Shown one piece after another: positions 1-10,037 of a stretch of 64,000 nt of DNA. The notes below the pieces were generated by a model that made no database searches, was not told the DNA's origin, and saw nothing but the letters and a program-made list of their open reading frames with translations. Source of the stretch: an uncultured Dehalococcoidia bacterium (lineage in GTDB: Bacteria; Chloroflexota; Dehalococcoidia; Lucifugimonadales; UBA3495); contig CATMOE010000005.1 of NCBI GenBank assembly GCA_950072105.1, positions 1-64,000 of the forward strand, written 5' to 3'. Both the position numbers and the translations under genes were made by a program. The first letter of the stretch is position 1. Each line of letters opens with the position of its first letter.

Positions 1-483
1 GAATCAGCCGTTCAGCCAGTTAACCTGGACGATGATGCACTTCTGCAGAAGGCTTTTTACGCCCGCAATGGCGATGCCTTCCGGCGACTGTGGAGCGGTG
101 ACTGGGGAGATTATCCGAGCCACAGTGAGGCGGATTTGGCTTTGTGCTCACATCTGGCTTTCTGGACAGGGCGTGACGCCGAAAGGGTAGACAGGCTATT
201 CAGGGCAAGTGGGTTGTTTCGTCCTAAGTGGGAGGAACACCACGGGAAGGAGACATACGGACAGATGACGATTCAGAGGGCTATCGAAGTGACTACGGAA
301 ACGTACCAAGAGCCCAGACCTGCCTCTGTGTCTAACGGTACTAACCCAGCACAAGCACCACCGGAGGACATGGCCCCTGAGGCATTCTACGGAATTACAG
401 GGGAGGTCGTGAACGCCATAGACCCCCACACCGAAGCGTGTAAGCCTGCAATTCTCCTCTCTTTCTTGACGGGGGAGAGCTAG
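1..483 (+). pseudogene. Truncated phage/plasmid primase-polymerase (NrS-1-like helix-bundle domain followed by the start of a DUF3987-like domain); 5' part lies outside the window
   Basis: Frame 1 is open from base 1: ..FRRLWSGDWGDYPSHSEADLALCSHLAFWTGRDAERVDRLFRASGLFRPKW..TYGQMTI is typical of primase C-terminal domains. FYGITGEVVNAIDPHTEA resembles a DUF3987 N-terminus but stops abruptly at 483. Confidence 0.65.
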
Positions 484-508
484 AGTGGGGGGTCGTCCCT
501 CCCCATTG

Positions 509-2680
509 CTAATAATCCAGATCGGGGTCCGGGGCCAGCACCAGCCGGAGCGCCCGGTTGGTGGCAGGGTCGTAAAAGGCGGCGCGCACCCGGTCTCCGG
601 TCTTCAGGTCGCTGAACTTTAGGCCGCGTTTGTTTTTGCGTGAGATGGCGGGGGGGTCTGCCTTTGGGAACAGCAGTATCACCGGATCGCCCCGGCGGGG
701 CTGAATGGTTACGGTCGACAAGTACTCTTCGACCAGAGTGATTTCCCCGCTTATCCGGGCAGCGCGAGGCGGTTGGACAATCAATCGGTCCGTCTTTCCG
801 GTTATAGGATAGTAGGCGCCGTTCACCACGCGCTGGCCCAGGGACAGGCCGTCGACTCCTATCGATCTCCCCGTTTGAACCACCTGAGTTTCGGCGTTCA
901 CCAGAATCACCACCATATCCAACTTGTTGGTAGTGATCGTCACTCTAGTGGATCCTTGGTCCGCGCTTGTAATCCCCGCGATAACCCCTTTGATCGACGC
1001 CGGTGGCGGTGAACTGAGGCTGAGAACCCCCAACACCGGTACGGCATTCCCAGCCGCTCCGGCTGTCTCCAGGATGCGGGTATTAGCTCGGACCAAGTCG
1101 CCCAACCTGACTTCGCTGATGGATACGCGGCGGCCGTCCCGCCGAACCACCGTCTCGCCTGTACGAGTGAATGACCGGATCTCTCCATCCTTGGTCATGA
1201 TCGACAGGTTGCCGGGCAGGGCTTTGGCGACGAACCGGTGTATCACTCCTCGAACCGGCGGGCTGTCCCCAACCCCGGCTTGGGAATCCAACTCGATCAA
1301 CGCCAGGGAGTCAGGTTGGAAAATCGCCGTCACGTTGGTGTCCAATAGCTCTTTCCCCAGCCTGGTTGGGGAACCGTCCACTAGAAGAACACTTTCCGGC
1401 AATACATTAAGGGTCACGGTGGCCTGGGTTGCTGAGTCCCGAATGGTGATCCTCGGGAGTGCGTCGTAGCTGGTATCAAGGTCGAGCTGGATGATGGGCC
1501 CGTTGACGGCCCCTGGGTCCACTGTTGTTAACAATTCTTTGGCGGTGGTTCTGTCCAGGGTTGCTCCGGCGGATACCAAAACCCGGCTGGCGGTCCGGGA
1601 TTCCAGGTCGTAGCGGACTTGAACCCGGTTGGCCAAGTCCAAACGGCTGAAGGAGATGTCCCTTCCTTGGAACCTGATGGCGGTCGCGCCATCGATGATT
1701 ACCTGCACCGCAGGAAGTCCGGAAGGCTGCACCGTCAACAATTTTCGATTTAGGTCGATGGAGGTGACGATGCCCGAAACAGTGGCTGAGGGTTTTCCAG
1801 CCCCGAAACGTGACATTCCTCGGGCATAAGCGTTTTGGGCTTTAGTCAATCGTTCTTGAAACTGGCTGTGCCGTGAGGAATCGGTTCCCGCCAGCACGTC
1901 TTGGGCCAGCGTTAAGTGGCGATCGGCGTTTTCGTTCAACCGTTGCCGCAAGGCCGACAATTTGCCCGCTGCCTGGGTCTTCTCGGCCTGCTCGAGTGCC
2001 GCCTCGATGCGCTTCAGGTTGTCCAAGGCCCCGTCTAGCCCGGTGATCAAAAGAGAACCGGTGCTTAGGTCTTGCTCCAGAACGGCGGTGACCAAGTCAC
2101 CTGGCTTTAATATGGACGGGTCACCGGCCGAGGGGGAAGAAATCTTCCGGCCATCAGCGTCTTGGATGTCTACGACTCCGTCTTCTCCTACGCCGGTCAC
2201 GATTCCGGTGAAGTGACGGGACCGCACCGGATGGACCGGTATAACGAGGATCGAAATAGCCTGGCCGTTGACCGCCAAAACCGCCACGGCGCTGCCCAAC
2301 GGGATGTCGTCCACCGTGGGCTGCTCCAGTCCCGGAACCCGAATCTCCGTGTCAGGGTTGGCGGTTATCTCCACCGGGCCGTTGGGAGTTTCTAGAATGA
2401 TGTCGATCTCACCGGCCACCGCCCTAGGATGGTCCCCGGTGATAACCACGACTTCTCCAAAGATGCCGGTTTGGGGCGATTGACGCGGTCCAGCGGCTCC
2501 GGCGGTTCCGCTGGATGCGGCTAAGGCCAGAGCCAGCGTCAGGAGCACGATTCCAAGAATCGAGATCGAACTCCTCCGACTGGGTCCTTCGACAGGCTCA
2601 GGACGAACCGAAAAAGGTATCCCCACGGATCGCGGTGAGCTTGACGAGCCTATTTTTGCTCCGGCGTTCGGTCTTAACAT
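509..2680 (-). CDS. Secreted multi-DUF5666-like beta-repeat protein
   Basis: 723-aa ORF with a hydrophobic signal segment and repeated 'G.I..ID......V.....T.I......L..GDRV' OB-like modules. Start codon uncertain. Confidence 0.65.
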   Translation of the reverse strand: MLRPNAGAKIGSSSSPRSVGIPFSVRPEPVEGPSRRSSISILGIVLLTLALALAASSGTAGAAGPRQSPQTGIFGEVVVITGDHPRAVAGEIDIILETPNGPVEITANPDTEIRVPGLEQPTVDDIPLGSAVAVLAVNGQAISILVIPVHPVRSRHFTGIVTGVGEDGVVDIQDADGRKISSPSAGDPSILKPGDLVTAVLEQDLSTGSLLITGLDGALDNLKRIEAALEQAEKTQAAGKLSALRQRLNENADRHLTLAQDVLAGTDSSRHSQFQERLTKAQNAYARGMSRFGAGKPSATVSGIVTSIDLNRKLLTVQPSGLPAVQVIIDGATAIRFQGRDISFSRLDLANRVQVRYDLESRTASRVLVSAGATLDRTTAKELLTTVDPGAVNGPIIQLDLDTSYDALPRITIRDSATQATVTLNVLPESVLLVDGSPTRLGKELLDTNVTAIFQPDSLALIELDSQAGVGDSPPVRGVIHRFVAKALPGNLSIMTKDGEIRSFTRTGETVVRRDGRRVSISEVRLGDLVRANTRILETAGAAGNAVPVLGVLSLSSPPPASIKGVIAGITSADQGSTRVTITTNKLDMVVILVNAETQVVQTGRSIGVDGLSLGQRVVNGAYYPITGKTDRLIVQPPRAARISGEITLVEEYLSTVTIQPRRGDPVILLFPKADPPAISRKNKRGLKFSDLKTGDRVRAAFYDPATNRALRLVLAPDPDLDY
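2584..2608. repeat. REP-like palindromic element (GTCCTTCGACAGGCTCAGGAC type)
   Basis: Hairpin gtcct..aggac around the widespread TTCGACAGGCTCAG core; reads VRPEPVEG in the ORF frame. Confidence 0.6.
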
Positions 2681-2731
2681 TTTTAGGGCCTCCGTCGTTT
2701 GGCGGCTGCTGGCGGGCAGTCTGGTGTGGGA

Positions 2732-3343
2732 TTAAGGGACGAAAATCACCGTGCGCACCAGGGACAGTTCCTCCCCGGCAATCGATGTAGCAATCACCTC
2801 GATCGCCAGAGGGTTGTCGTCGGGGAAAATGATTAATTCCAAGGAAAAATGGCCCTCGGCGTCGGGAATGGCCAGCCTGCCGTTGATGCTCACCGTGGCA
2901 TCGGGTGAGGAGATACCGGTAACTGTGATGACATCTTTGTCCACCACCATGTCTTCCGGAGGGAAAGTTACTTCCAATTGCAACGCAGCGGTCTGAGGCA
3001 CGGGCGATGGTCCGGGAGTAGACGCCGGTTCCGTCGCTGATGGCGGCGTGATAGGAGGAGTCGTTGCCGTGGGAGAAGGGATCGGCGTTGCCACAACCGC
3101 CGGAATCACGGTTGGCATCACCGATGGAACCGGTGTGGCGGCCGGCGTGGGGTCCTTTTTTGGCGATTGGGTGGGGGGTTGGACCGTGGTGGACGGGAGG
3201 GCGACAGCCGGGGAGGAAGAGACAGGCTGCCCCGCCTCAGTGCCCTCCGGAGTAACTTCGTCGCCTCCGCATGCCGCGGTCAACAAGAGAATGAACAGTG
3301 CCGCCGCCGGCAGCAACTTAGCCGGGAAGGTTCGAACCCGCAT
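2732..3343 (-). CDS. Lipoprotein with Pro/Thr-rich linker and C-terminal Ig-like domain
   Basis: Lipobox LTAAC, a P/T-rich tract, and C-terminal ITVTG..SPDATVSING..D.EG.F. Confidence 0.75.
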   Translation of the reverse strand: MRVRTFPAKLLPAAALFILLLTAACGGDEVTPEGTEAGQPVSSSPAVALPSTTVQPPTQSPKKDPTPAATPVPSVMPTVIPAVVATPIPSPTATTPPITPPSATEPASTPGPSPVPQTAALQLEVTFPPEDMVVDKDVITVTGISSPDATVSINGRLAIPDAEGHFSLELIIFPDDNPLAIEVIATSIAGEELSLVRTVIFVP

Positions 3344-3576
3344 CCCTACACTCCTATAGCCGAGGCTATCACCCAGTTCGCGCCCAGCCGATCCCTGATT
3401 ATCCAGCGGAATCCGCGATATATTTAAGTATAAAGGATTGAAGCGTTTGTCAGTAACTGGCTGACAACCCAGTTACATTAGAAAGGCGGCTCTATGCTAA
3501 AATGGGGCCAATTTCCGGACCACGTACGCTGGCTGACATGCTCCAGTTGAATCCTGCAGTCCGGTCGTAGAGATCG

Positions 3577-4245
3577 ATGAACGTTTTACTGCGGCGTCTC
3601 CAAACTGGAGACATTGACCAGGTGATTGAGATTGAGAGGGAGGCGTTTTCCCCCCTCTGGATCACCACCCCTTTTAAGCGAGAGTTGAACAACCGCTACG
3701 CTTGCTACCTAGTGGCTTGTGAGGCGGCGGAGGAAGAACAACCTCCTACGGACGCCGATCCGGAGGGGTCCCGGTCTTTGTGGTCCCGGGTATTGACGAG
3801 TGCCCAACGCTTGGTGCCGGGTAGCCAGGGAGACATCGCTTCTCCTACTCCCATCTCCGGTTACGTTAGCGTCTGGTATCAGGGGGACGAGGCCCACATC
3901 ACCGAGATTGCGGTGCGGGAAAGTCTGCGAGGAAACGGAATAGGTGAATTGCTTCTCATAGGTTCGTTGCGAGAAGCCGTCGAATACGGCTCTGAGGTAA
4001 TGACTTTGGAGGTCCGGGTTTCCAACTTTATCGCCCAGCGGCTTTACGAAAAATATGGGTTCAAGAACGTGGGCGCCCGCAAGGCATACTATTCAGACAA
4101 CCGGGAAGACGCGGTTATCATGACCACGAATCCCATAAAGAGTGAAGAATATCAGAGTATGTTTCGAGATTTGCAGGAGACCTACCTCACAAAATGGGGT
4201 GAGATCCGGTTTCAGTCTAAAACCACTGGCTCATCCCAGTCTTAA
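3577..4245 (+). CDS. rimI: Ribosomal protein alanine N-acetyltransferase (GNAT) with a ~40-aa insertion
   Basis: EAHITEIAV..RGNGIG, TLEVRVSN..AQRLYEKYGF, RKAYYSDNREDA. Confidence 0.9.
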   Translation: MNVLLRRLQTGDIDQVIEIEREAFSPLWITTPFKRELNNRYACYLVACEAAEEEQPPTDADPEGSRSLWSRVLTSAQRLVPGSQGDIASPTPISGYVSVWYQGDEAHITEIAVRESLRGNGIGELLLIGSLREAVEYGSEVMTLEVRVSNFIAQRLYEKYGFKNVGARKAYYSDNREDAVIMTTNPIKSEEYQSMFRDLQETYLTKWGEIRFQSKTTGSSQS

Positions 4246-4375
4246 CCAGGCCGGAGAACGGCAAATCTTTTCGTCATACCTTCCACGGTTTACCTACCGC
4301 CAGCGTCCACTGCCCATACCGGTTTAACGTGTGCACCGCCTTAGATTCCGAGTTCTGTCGCTGGCGTTACTGATG

Positions 4376-4404
4376 TTGACCATCTGAGGCTGCGTTGGTA
4401 GAAT
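4376..4404 (+). promoter_or_regulatory. Putative sigma70 promoter for the coaE operon
   Basis: TTGACC-17 bp-TAGAAT. Confidence 0.55.
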
Positions 4405-4494
4405 GACTCAGTCGTTAGAATCCTCAAAGGCCGGTCGAGGTCAAGCTAGACTATTTATGACCGGCAAAGTTATTGGGCCGGAGGCCGGAAACTC

Positions 4495-5106
4495 ATGTTG
4501 GTCATCGGACTCACCGGGGGTATAGGGACGGGTAAGAGCGAGGTTGCACGCTTGTTGCAGTCACTGGGGGCGGCCGTCATCAGCGCCGACGAGGTCGGTC
4601 ACGAGGCTTATGCTCCCAATTCCGAAAGCTGGCGCGAGGTAGTCGATACCTTCGGTAAGGAAATATTGCAGCCCAGTGGCGAGATTGACCGGCAAAAACT
4701 GGGTGCCATAGTGTTTTCAGACCCCCAGCAACTGGAAAAATTGAACGCTATAATGCATCCTCGCATGGCTAGGATGGTGGCGGACAGGATACAGGTTTTG
4801 CGGGATCAAGGTGCTTCGACGGTGGTCGTCGAGGCCGCCCTTTTATTCGAAGCCGGATGGGACTCCCTAGTTGATGAGGTTTGGACCACCGACTCGTCTG
4901 TTGAATCGGTGGTTGAAAGACTTCAAGCCCGTAATGGCATGGATGAAAAGGAAGCCCGTCGGCGCATCGATTCGCAGATGGACCCTGCCGAGCGGATAGA
5001 GCGGTCTGACTTGGTGGTGGATAACTCCAGCGATGTATCCGCTTTGGAACAAACGGTTATGGCTCTGTGGGAAAATAGAGTAAGCGTGAGGACAGAGAGA
5101 GGCTAA
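4495..5106 (+). CDS. coaE: Dephospho-CoA kinase
   Basis: [39 protein letters not shown]. Confidence 0.95.
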   Translation: MLVIGLTGGIGTGKSEVARLLQSLGAAVISADEVGHEAYAPNSESWREVVDTFGKEILQPSGEIDRQKLGAIVFSDPQQLEKLNAIMHPRMARMVADRIQVLRDQGASTVVVEAALLFEAGWDSLVDEVWTTDSSVESVVERLQARNGMDEKEARRRIDSQMDPAERIERSDLVVDNSSDVSALEQTVMALWENRVSVRTERG

Positions 5107-5999
5107 TGGTACAGACAGATCAGCCGAGTTATAAAGAATACGCCATCGAGGAATTCTTGGTACGCGACGAGCCTTACTACCGGGTCGTTGGCGACGAATT
5201 AGATCTTTTCACTGCGGCCTACCATCAGCATATTCCGGTGTTGCTAAAAGGTCCCACCGGTTGCGGCAAGACCAGATTCGTGGAATATATGGCCTGGAAG
5301 CTCGGCCGCCCTCTAAGCGTTGCGAAAGGAGAGGGCACCGAGGAACTCAAAGAAGGAGAAGTCAGGGTACCTCTGGTCACCATCGCTTGCCATGAAGACC
5401 TTACGGCCAGCGACTTGGTGGGCAGGTATCTTTTAGACGCTAACGGGACCCGTTGGATCGACGGCCCCATGACTCGGGCGGTAAAGAACGGCGCTATCCT
5501 CTACCTGGATGAGGTTGTCGAGGCCCGTAAGGACACCACGGTTCTGATCCACCCGTTGACCGACCACCGGCGCATATTGCCCATAGAGAAAACCGGTTCT
5601 ATCGTCGAGGCGGACGACCGGTTTCTGCTGTGCATCTCCTACAACCCCGGTTACCAGAGCGCCTTGAAGGACTTGAAGCACAGCACCAGGCAGCGGTTCA
5701 TGTCAATAGAATTTGACTATCCCCCAAGGGACATTGAATCTGAGATTATTGCCCGCGAGAGCGGGTGTTCCACGGAGATAGCGGACTCCCTAGCCAAGCT
5801 GGGGGAAAAGATACGCAACTTGAAAGAGCATGGCCTCCAGGAAGGCGCCAGCACCCGCTTGTTGATCTACGCCGGGAAGTTGATTTCCGAGGGTATTAGT
5901 ATCCGCCGGGCTTGCCAGGTGGCCATCGTGTGGACCCTGACCGACGAACCGGAACTCCAGCGAAGCATCGAAGAAGTGGTGTCTTCTATATTCGAGTAG
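5106..5999 (+). CDS. CbbQ/NirQ/NorQ-family MoxR AAA+ ATPase
   Basis: Walker [63 protein letters not shown]. Confidence 0.93.
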   Translation: MVQTDQPSYKEYAIEEFLVRDEPYYRVVGDELDLFTAAYHQHIPVLLKGPTGCGKTRFVEYMAWKLGRPLSVAKGEGTEELKEGEVRVPLVTIACHEDLTASDLVGRYLLDANGTRWIDGPMTRAVKNGAILYLDEVVEARKDTTVLIHPLTDHRRILPIEKTGSIVEADDRFLLCISYNPGYQSALKDLKHSTRQRFMSIEFDYPPRDIESEIIARESGCSTEIADSLAKLGEKIRNLKEHGLQEGASTRLLIYAGKLISEGISIRRACQVAIVWTLTDEPELQRSIEEVVSSIFE

Positions 6000-6006
6000 G
6001 GGTTTG

Positions 6007-6594
6007 ATGGCCTTATCTCCTCCGGACATCGTCAGCCAAGTTCTAGCCCACCGTACTAAACAGACGGTGGGCGAACCATCTCTAACGCCTGCCTCTGTTC
6101 TGCTGCTGCTATACCCCAAAGACGGCGAATATTGTATTCTGTTGAACAAGCGGTCCCAGCAGGTGGAGCACCACAAAGGGGAGATTTCCCTACCTGGAGG
6201 AGCCAGGGACCCTGAAGACCGGGACTCGCTGGATACGGCGTTGCGGGAGACCGAAGAGGAAATGGGTATCGACCGGTCCGACGTAACCATCCTGGGAGAA
6301 TTGGACGATGTCGTTACCAGGAGCCATTTCAAAGTAAACGTGTACGTGGGCACCATACCCTATCCCTACCCCTTCAATCCCAGCGCGGATGAGATCGCCG
6401 AGGTCCTGGAAATCCCCGTGGCCGATCTCAATGATCCGTTGAACCACCGGGTTGAGACCCGTTTTGAAGATGGCGTGCCGGTCACAAGCCGGTCCTACGC
6501 TTATAATGAGCATCTAGTTTTCGGCGCGACGGCAAAAATCCTCCAGCAGTTCTTGGAACTTTTGGAGGATGGGACGGTAAAGGAGGAACACTAA
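6007..6594 (+). CDS. Nudix CoA pyrophosphatase (NudL/Pcd1-like)
   Basis: HKGEISLPGG..D..LDTALRETEEEMG Nudix box; VFGATA. Confidence 0.88.
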   Translation: MALSPPDIVSQVLAHRTKQTVGEPSLTPASVLLLLYPKDGEYCILLNKRSQQVEHHKGEISLPGGARDPEDRDSLDTALRETEEEMGIDRSDVTILGELDDVVTRSHFKVNVYVGTIPYPYPFNPSADEIAEVLEIPVADLNDPLNHRVETRFEDGVPVTSRSYAYNEHLVFGATAKILQQFLELLEDGTVKEEH

Positions 6595-6595
6595 G

Positions 6596-9500
6596 TTGAG
6601 TACGTCTCCTCTAGCGGGAATAGAAGTTGAGCTTGCCAAGTTACCCCCGGCGGTTCTGGAAGCCTACCAAGAAGCCGTGGAAACGATAGAGGCGGCTTTC
6701 GGCGAAGAGGAACTTGTCCTCTGGGCGAAAGAAGGCCTGGCCATCGGGACCCAGACGGTTCGATCCTGGGAATCGGCGGTAGAGTACTACAAGGTCGGAC
6801 CTCAAGTCTCCCGGTTCCTGTCCTTCCCTTCGTTCATGCAATGGGCGCGGTGCGGCACCTATCTGGCGCAAGATTCGCCCACGCTTGCGGTGGCATTCTT
6901 CAAAGCCAGTTCGTCCATAGTTCCCAATCTCAGGCCGCAATACATACCCCGTTGGGCCGGCCTGGGCCGCAGTTTGTATAAGGGCACTTGGAAATCCAGC
7001 ACGCTGGCGGCCAAGTTCTTCGAAGTCAGCCCTGACCTAGTTCGTAATCTACCTTTCTGGGATGTGGAGGTATTCGCTTCCTTGATCGAGGCAATGTCCT
7101 ACAAGTCCTACGACGTCGCCGGCGAATGTCTGGTGTTGGGCCGGGACGTTTTGCCGGCGATGGGCCGGGAGCGCGAGGCCTTTCTCTCCATGGCGCGAGC
7201 TTTGATCGATGGTAGTTGGCGTGAGATTAAAACCTGTTTAGAGTTGGTGCCCAGGGCACTGCAGCAGGTGGACGAAAACCAGACTGGCCGTTTCCTCAAG
7301 CTAGGAGAGCGGTTGGCGAAAGTGGGCCTTCGGGAAACATCCCGTTTCTTGGCCGACGGCACCCAATCCTTGAGTAAGGTCCCCGCCGGCTCCCAGGGAT
7401 ATATCCTGGATCTTTGCGAGACCTTGCTGGCGGTTTCCCCCGAGGCCGTGCCGCCTTTCCTCAAGAGCCTTAGCAGCGTGCTGGAACGCATCACCATCAG
7501 CCAATTGGACTCTTGGTTCCACCGCGGCATGGACCTGCTCAAGGACAACCCGGAAAGCGGCATCGCTTTCTTCAAGATAGAGTCCAACACTTCCGTCGCG
7601 ATGCTGGAAACCTTATCATCAAGCCTGGAACTGGACCGGGTGAAGGGTATCATCCGGCTGTATTGCAGCGCCTTGTCTGGCTCGTCAATTGACGTTCTAG
7701 ACACCCAAGAATTGGTTAGGAAGAACATCGGTTGGGTTGATGAGGATTCTGCTTCCACCGATGGCACCAAGGTTTTCCTACCCACGATCGTGGACCATTA
7801 TCCCGACAAGCAAGACAACTTCTCCTGGTTCAAGGTGGTTTCCACCCATCAGGTGGGCCACTTGGAGTTCGGCAGTTTCCTATTTGATTTCACCAAGCCC
7901 AGCGGACTGTTCGATGACCGCCGATCTCCCCTTGAGGACGAGGTTAACGCCGGGAAAAAGGCCGCGGCGGAGGAGGAGGGCGTTGAGCCCAGCCAATCTC
8001 TAACCGACATCGGCCGGTTCTTGTCTCTGTTCCAAGATCGCCAACTGGCGTTCGATCTCTTCACCGTGCTGGAGGACTGCCGTCTGGACTACCGGATCAA
8101 GGTGGAATACCCGGGTATACGCGTCGCCGCGAACCGGGTCCAGGACGAGGCGTTGGCCAACCGTCCGAATATTGAAGAGATGGGCGTGCAACAGGCTCTA
8201 GTAGAGCTGCTTATCCACATGAGCTTGGAGCAGTTCACCGAACTGCCGGTGCCCGTCGAGTACAAAGACGCCGCGGTCGTCTTGGCCCAGATTCTGCATG
8301 AACTGCGCAATGCCCAAGCGGAAGTGGAAGACACCGCGGAAGCCACTTTGAGGGCTTACGAGATCATTTCCCGGATCGCCAACGAAAACCCGCCGGAAGA
8401 AGATTGGGAACAGGAAGACTTGGAGGAGCCCGGCGACTTTTCGGAAGAAGAATACGAATCCCTCATTGACCAGTTGCAAGCCGGCCAGGACGCTTCTGGA
8501 GAGTCCGGCGAGGGGGAGTCCCGGGAGTCGCCCGAGCCGGTGGACTACCGTGGAGACTTCAAGCCGGAGATGGTTCAGCTATTAACCAGGTTGCAGTCCG
8601 ACCAGGATCAGCAAGGCGAGGGTGAGCCTATCTCCCAAGAGATGCTGGAACAGCTCCTCCAGGAAAGCTCAGAGCTGGAGTTGGACGCCGAACAAGGCGA
8701 CATCAACGACAGCATGAACGCCTTTGCCCAGAATCTGATGAAAGAAGCCGGAACGCCGCCGCCTAACTCTCAGCCGGGGCAGGGTTACGGTCCTCTGCTG
8801 CACGACGACGATCAAGGCGGAGAACTAGAGGCCCGGGAACCCAAGACATTTGCCTACGACGAGTGGGATTTTAGGGCCAATGACTACAAGCCGCGGTGGT
8901 GCATCGTCAAAGAGAAAATCGTGGACGAGGGTGACACAACCTTCTACAACGACGCTCTGAAAAATTATCTCTCTCTGTCCAACCACATCAAGCGACAGTT
9001 CGAGCTGATCATGCCTGAGAGCATGAAGAAGATCTACCGGCTGACCGACGGGGAGGACATTGACCTCAACGCCGCTTTGGAAGCTTGGGCCGACCTACGT
9101 ATGAATGTCCCGCCGGATGAGAAGATCTACTGGCATCGCAACCGGAACCGGCGGGATGTGGCAGTGGTGTTTCTGCTGGACATGAGCGCATCCACCGCCG
9201 AAGCCATCGACGAAGGCCGTCAAGTGGTGGACGACCGGGACGCCCCCGATGACCCGGTGGAGTACATGGTGTGGCTGCGCCGGCGCCGGGAAGGCTTGGT
9301 GCGCCGGAACTACAAGCGCATCATCGACCTGGAAAAGGAAAGTACCACGTTGCTCATCCAGGCCCTGGAAGCTATCGGAGACACCTATGGCATCTACGGC
9401 TTCTCGGGCTACGGCAGAGAGAACGTGGAGTTCTACGTAATAAAAGACATCGACGAAGGATTCGGAGATAAGGTAAAGCGGCGTATCGACAAGGTGACTC

Positions 9501-9841
9501 CGCTCCATGCCACTCGCATGGGCGCCGCCATACGGCATTCCATCACCAAGCTGGAAAAGATCGACGCTACCACGAAGATTCTCTTCCTGATCAGCGATGG
9601 CCGGCCCCAGGACCGGGGCTACAGCCGGGAAGGAGTGGAGAAGGAGTACGCCGTCCACGATACCCACATGGCCCTGCTAGAGGCCAAACGAAAGGACATT
9701 ACCCCGTTCTGCCTCACGGTGGATAAATCGGGGCACGATTACCTAAAGGGCATGTGTGGCGACATGGGATACGAGGTGTTAGGGGACATTTGGGCCCTGC
9801 CGGAGCGGCTGCCCATGCTGTACCGCCAGCTGACTTTGTAA
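6596..9841 (+). CDS. Large VWA-domain protein, CbbO/NorD-like adaptor
   Basis: STDGTKVFLP, FTVLEDCRLD, YDEWDFRANDY..WC.V.E, MIDAS motif LLDMSAST, TRMGAAIRH, ISDGRPQD. Confidence 0.88.
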   Translation: MSTSPLAGIEVELAKLPPAVLEAYQEAVETIEAAFGEEELVLWAKEGLAIGTQTVRSWESAVEYYKVGPQVSRFLSFPSFMQWARCGTYLAQDSPTLAVAFFKASSSIVPNLRPQYIPRWAGLGRSLYKGTWKSSTLAAKFFEVSPDLVRNLPFWDVEVFASLIEAMSYKSYDVAGECLVLGRDVLPAMGREREAFLSMARALIDGSWREIKTCLELVPRALQQVDENQTGRFLKLGERLAKVGLRETSRFLADGTQSLSKVPAGSQGYILDLCETLLAVSPEAVPPFLKSLSSVLERITISQLDSWFHRGMDLLKDNPESGIAFFKIESNTSVAMLETLSSSLELDRVKGIIRLYCSALSGSSIDVLDTQELVRKNIGWVDEDSASTDGTKVFLPTIVDHYPDKQDNFSWFKVVSTHQVGHLEFGSFLFDFTKPSGLFDDRRSPLEDEVNAGKKAAAEEEGVEPSQSLTDIGRFLSLFQDRQLAFDLFTVLEDCRLDYRIKVEYPGIRVAANRVQDEALANRPNIEEMGVQQALVELLIHMSLEQFTELPVPVEYKDAAVVLAQILHELRNAQAEVEDTAEATLRAYEIISRIANENPPEEDWEQEDLEEPGDFSEEEYESLIDQLQAGQDASGESGEGESRESPEPVDYRGDFKPEMVQLLTRLQSDQDQQGEGEPISQEMLEQLLQESSELELDAEQGDINDSMNAFAQNLMKEAGTPPPNSQPGQGYGPLLHDDDQGGELEAREPKTFAYDEWDFRANDYKPRWCIVKEKIVDEGDTTFYNDALKNYLSLSNHIKRQFELIMPESMKKIYRLTDGEDIDLNAALEAWADLRMNVPPDEKIYWHRNRNRRDVAVVFLLDMSASTAEAIDEGRQVVDDRDAPDDPVEYMVWLRRRREGLVRRNYKRIIDLEKESTTLLIQALEAIGDTYGIYGFSGYGRENVEFYVIKDIDEGFGDKVKRRIDKVTPLHATRMGAAIRHSITKLEKIDATTKILFLISDGRPQDRGYSREGVEKEYAVHDTHMALLEAKRKDITPFCLTVDKSGHDYLKGMCGDMGYEVLGDIWALPERLPMLYRQLTL

Positions 9842-9865
9842 ACCACCGGCGACTGGTCCGATTAT

Positions 9866-9913
9866 GATTAATACGATAGGGGTACGGCTAGCCGTACCCC
9901 TATCGTATTAATC
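9866..9913. repeat. 48-bp perfect palindrome (possible bidirectional terminator, REP-derived core)
   Basis: gattaatacgataggggtacggctagccgtacccctatcgtattaatc is its own reverse complement and lies between convergent genes. Confidence 0.8.
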
Positions 9914-9932
9914 TGATTTGGCCCGCAGCTTT

Positions 9933-10017
9933 ATCCCCCCGCGAAGGAGGACTACCGGGAGGTCATTTTCTCCCCAGAGAAACCTCCCATATATCCCTTC
10001 TTTTGTAAGAAGCGGAC
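9933..10017. repeat. REPIN/MITE-like element, related to 41024-41113
   Basis: Shares ggactac.ggg.ggtc...aaacctcc....ccct..tt...taag.ag.ggac with the reverse complement of 41024-41113. Confidence 0.55.
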
Positions 10018-10037
10018 TTGCTGAAAATGCTGAAATC

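Noticed and set aside
5106..9841. Evidence for Calvin cycle or denitrification
   Set aside because: CbbQ/O-like genes alone are insufficient; no cbbL/M or nor genes in the window.
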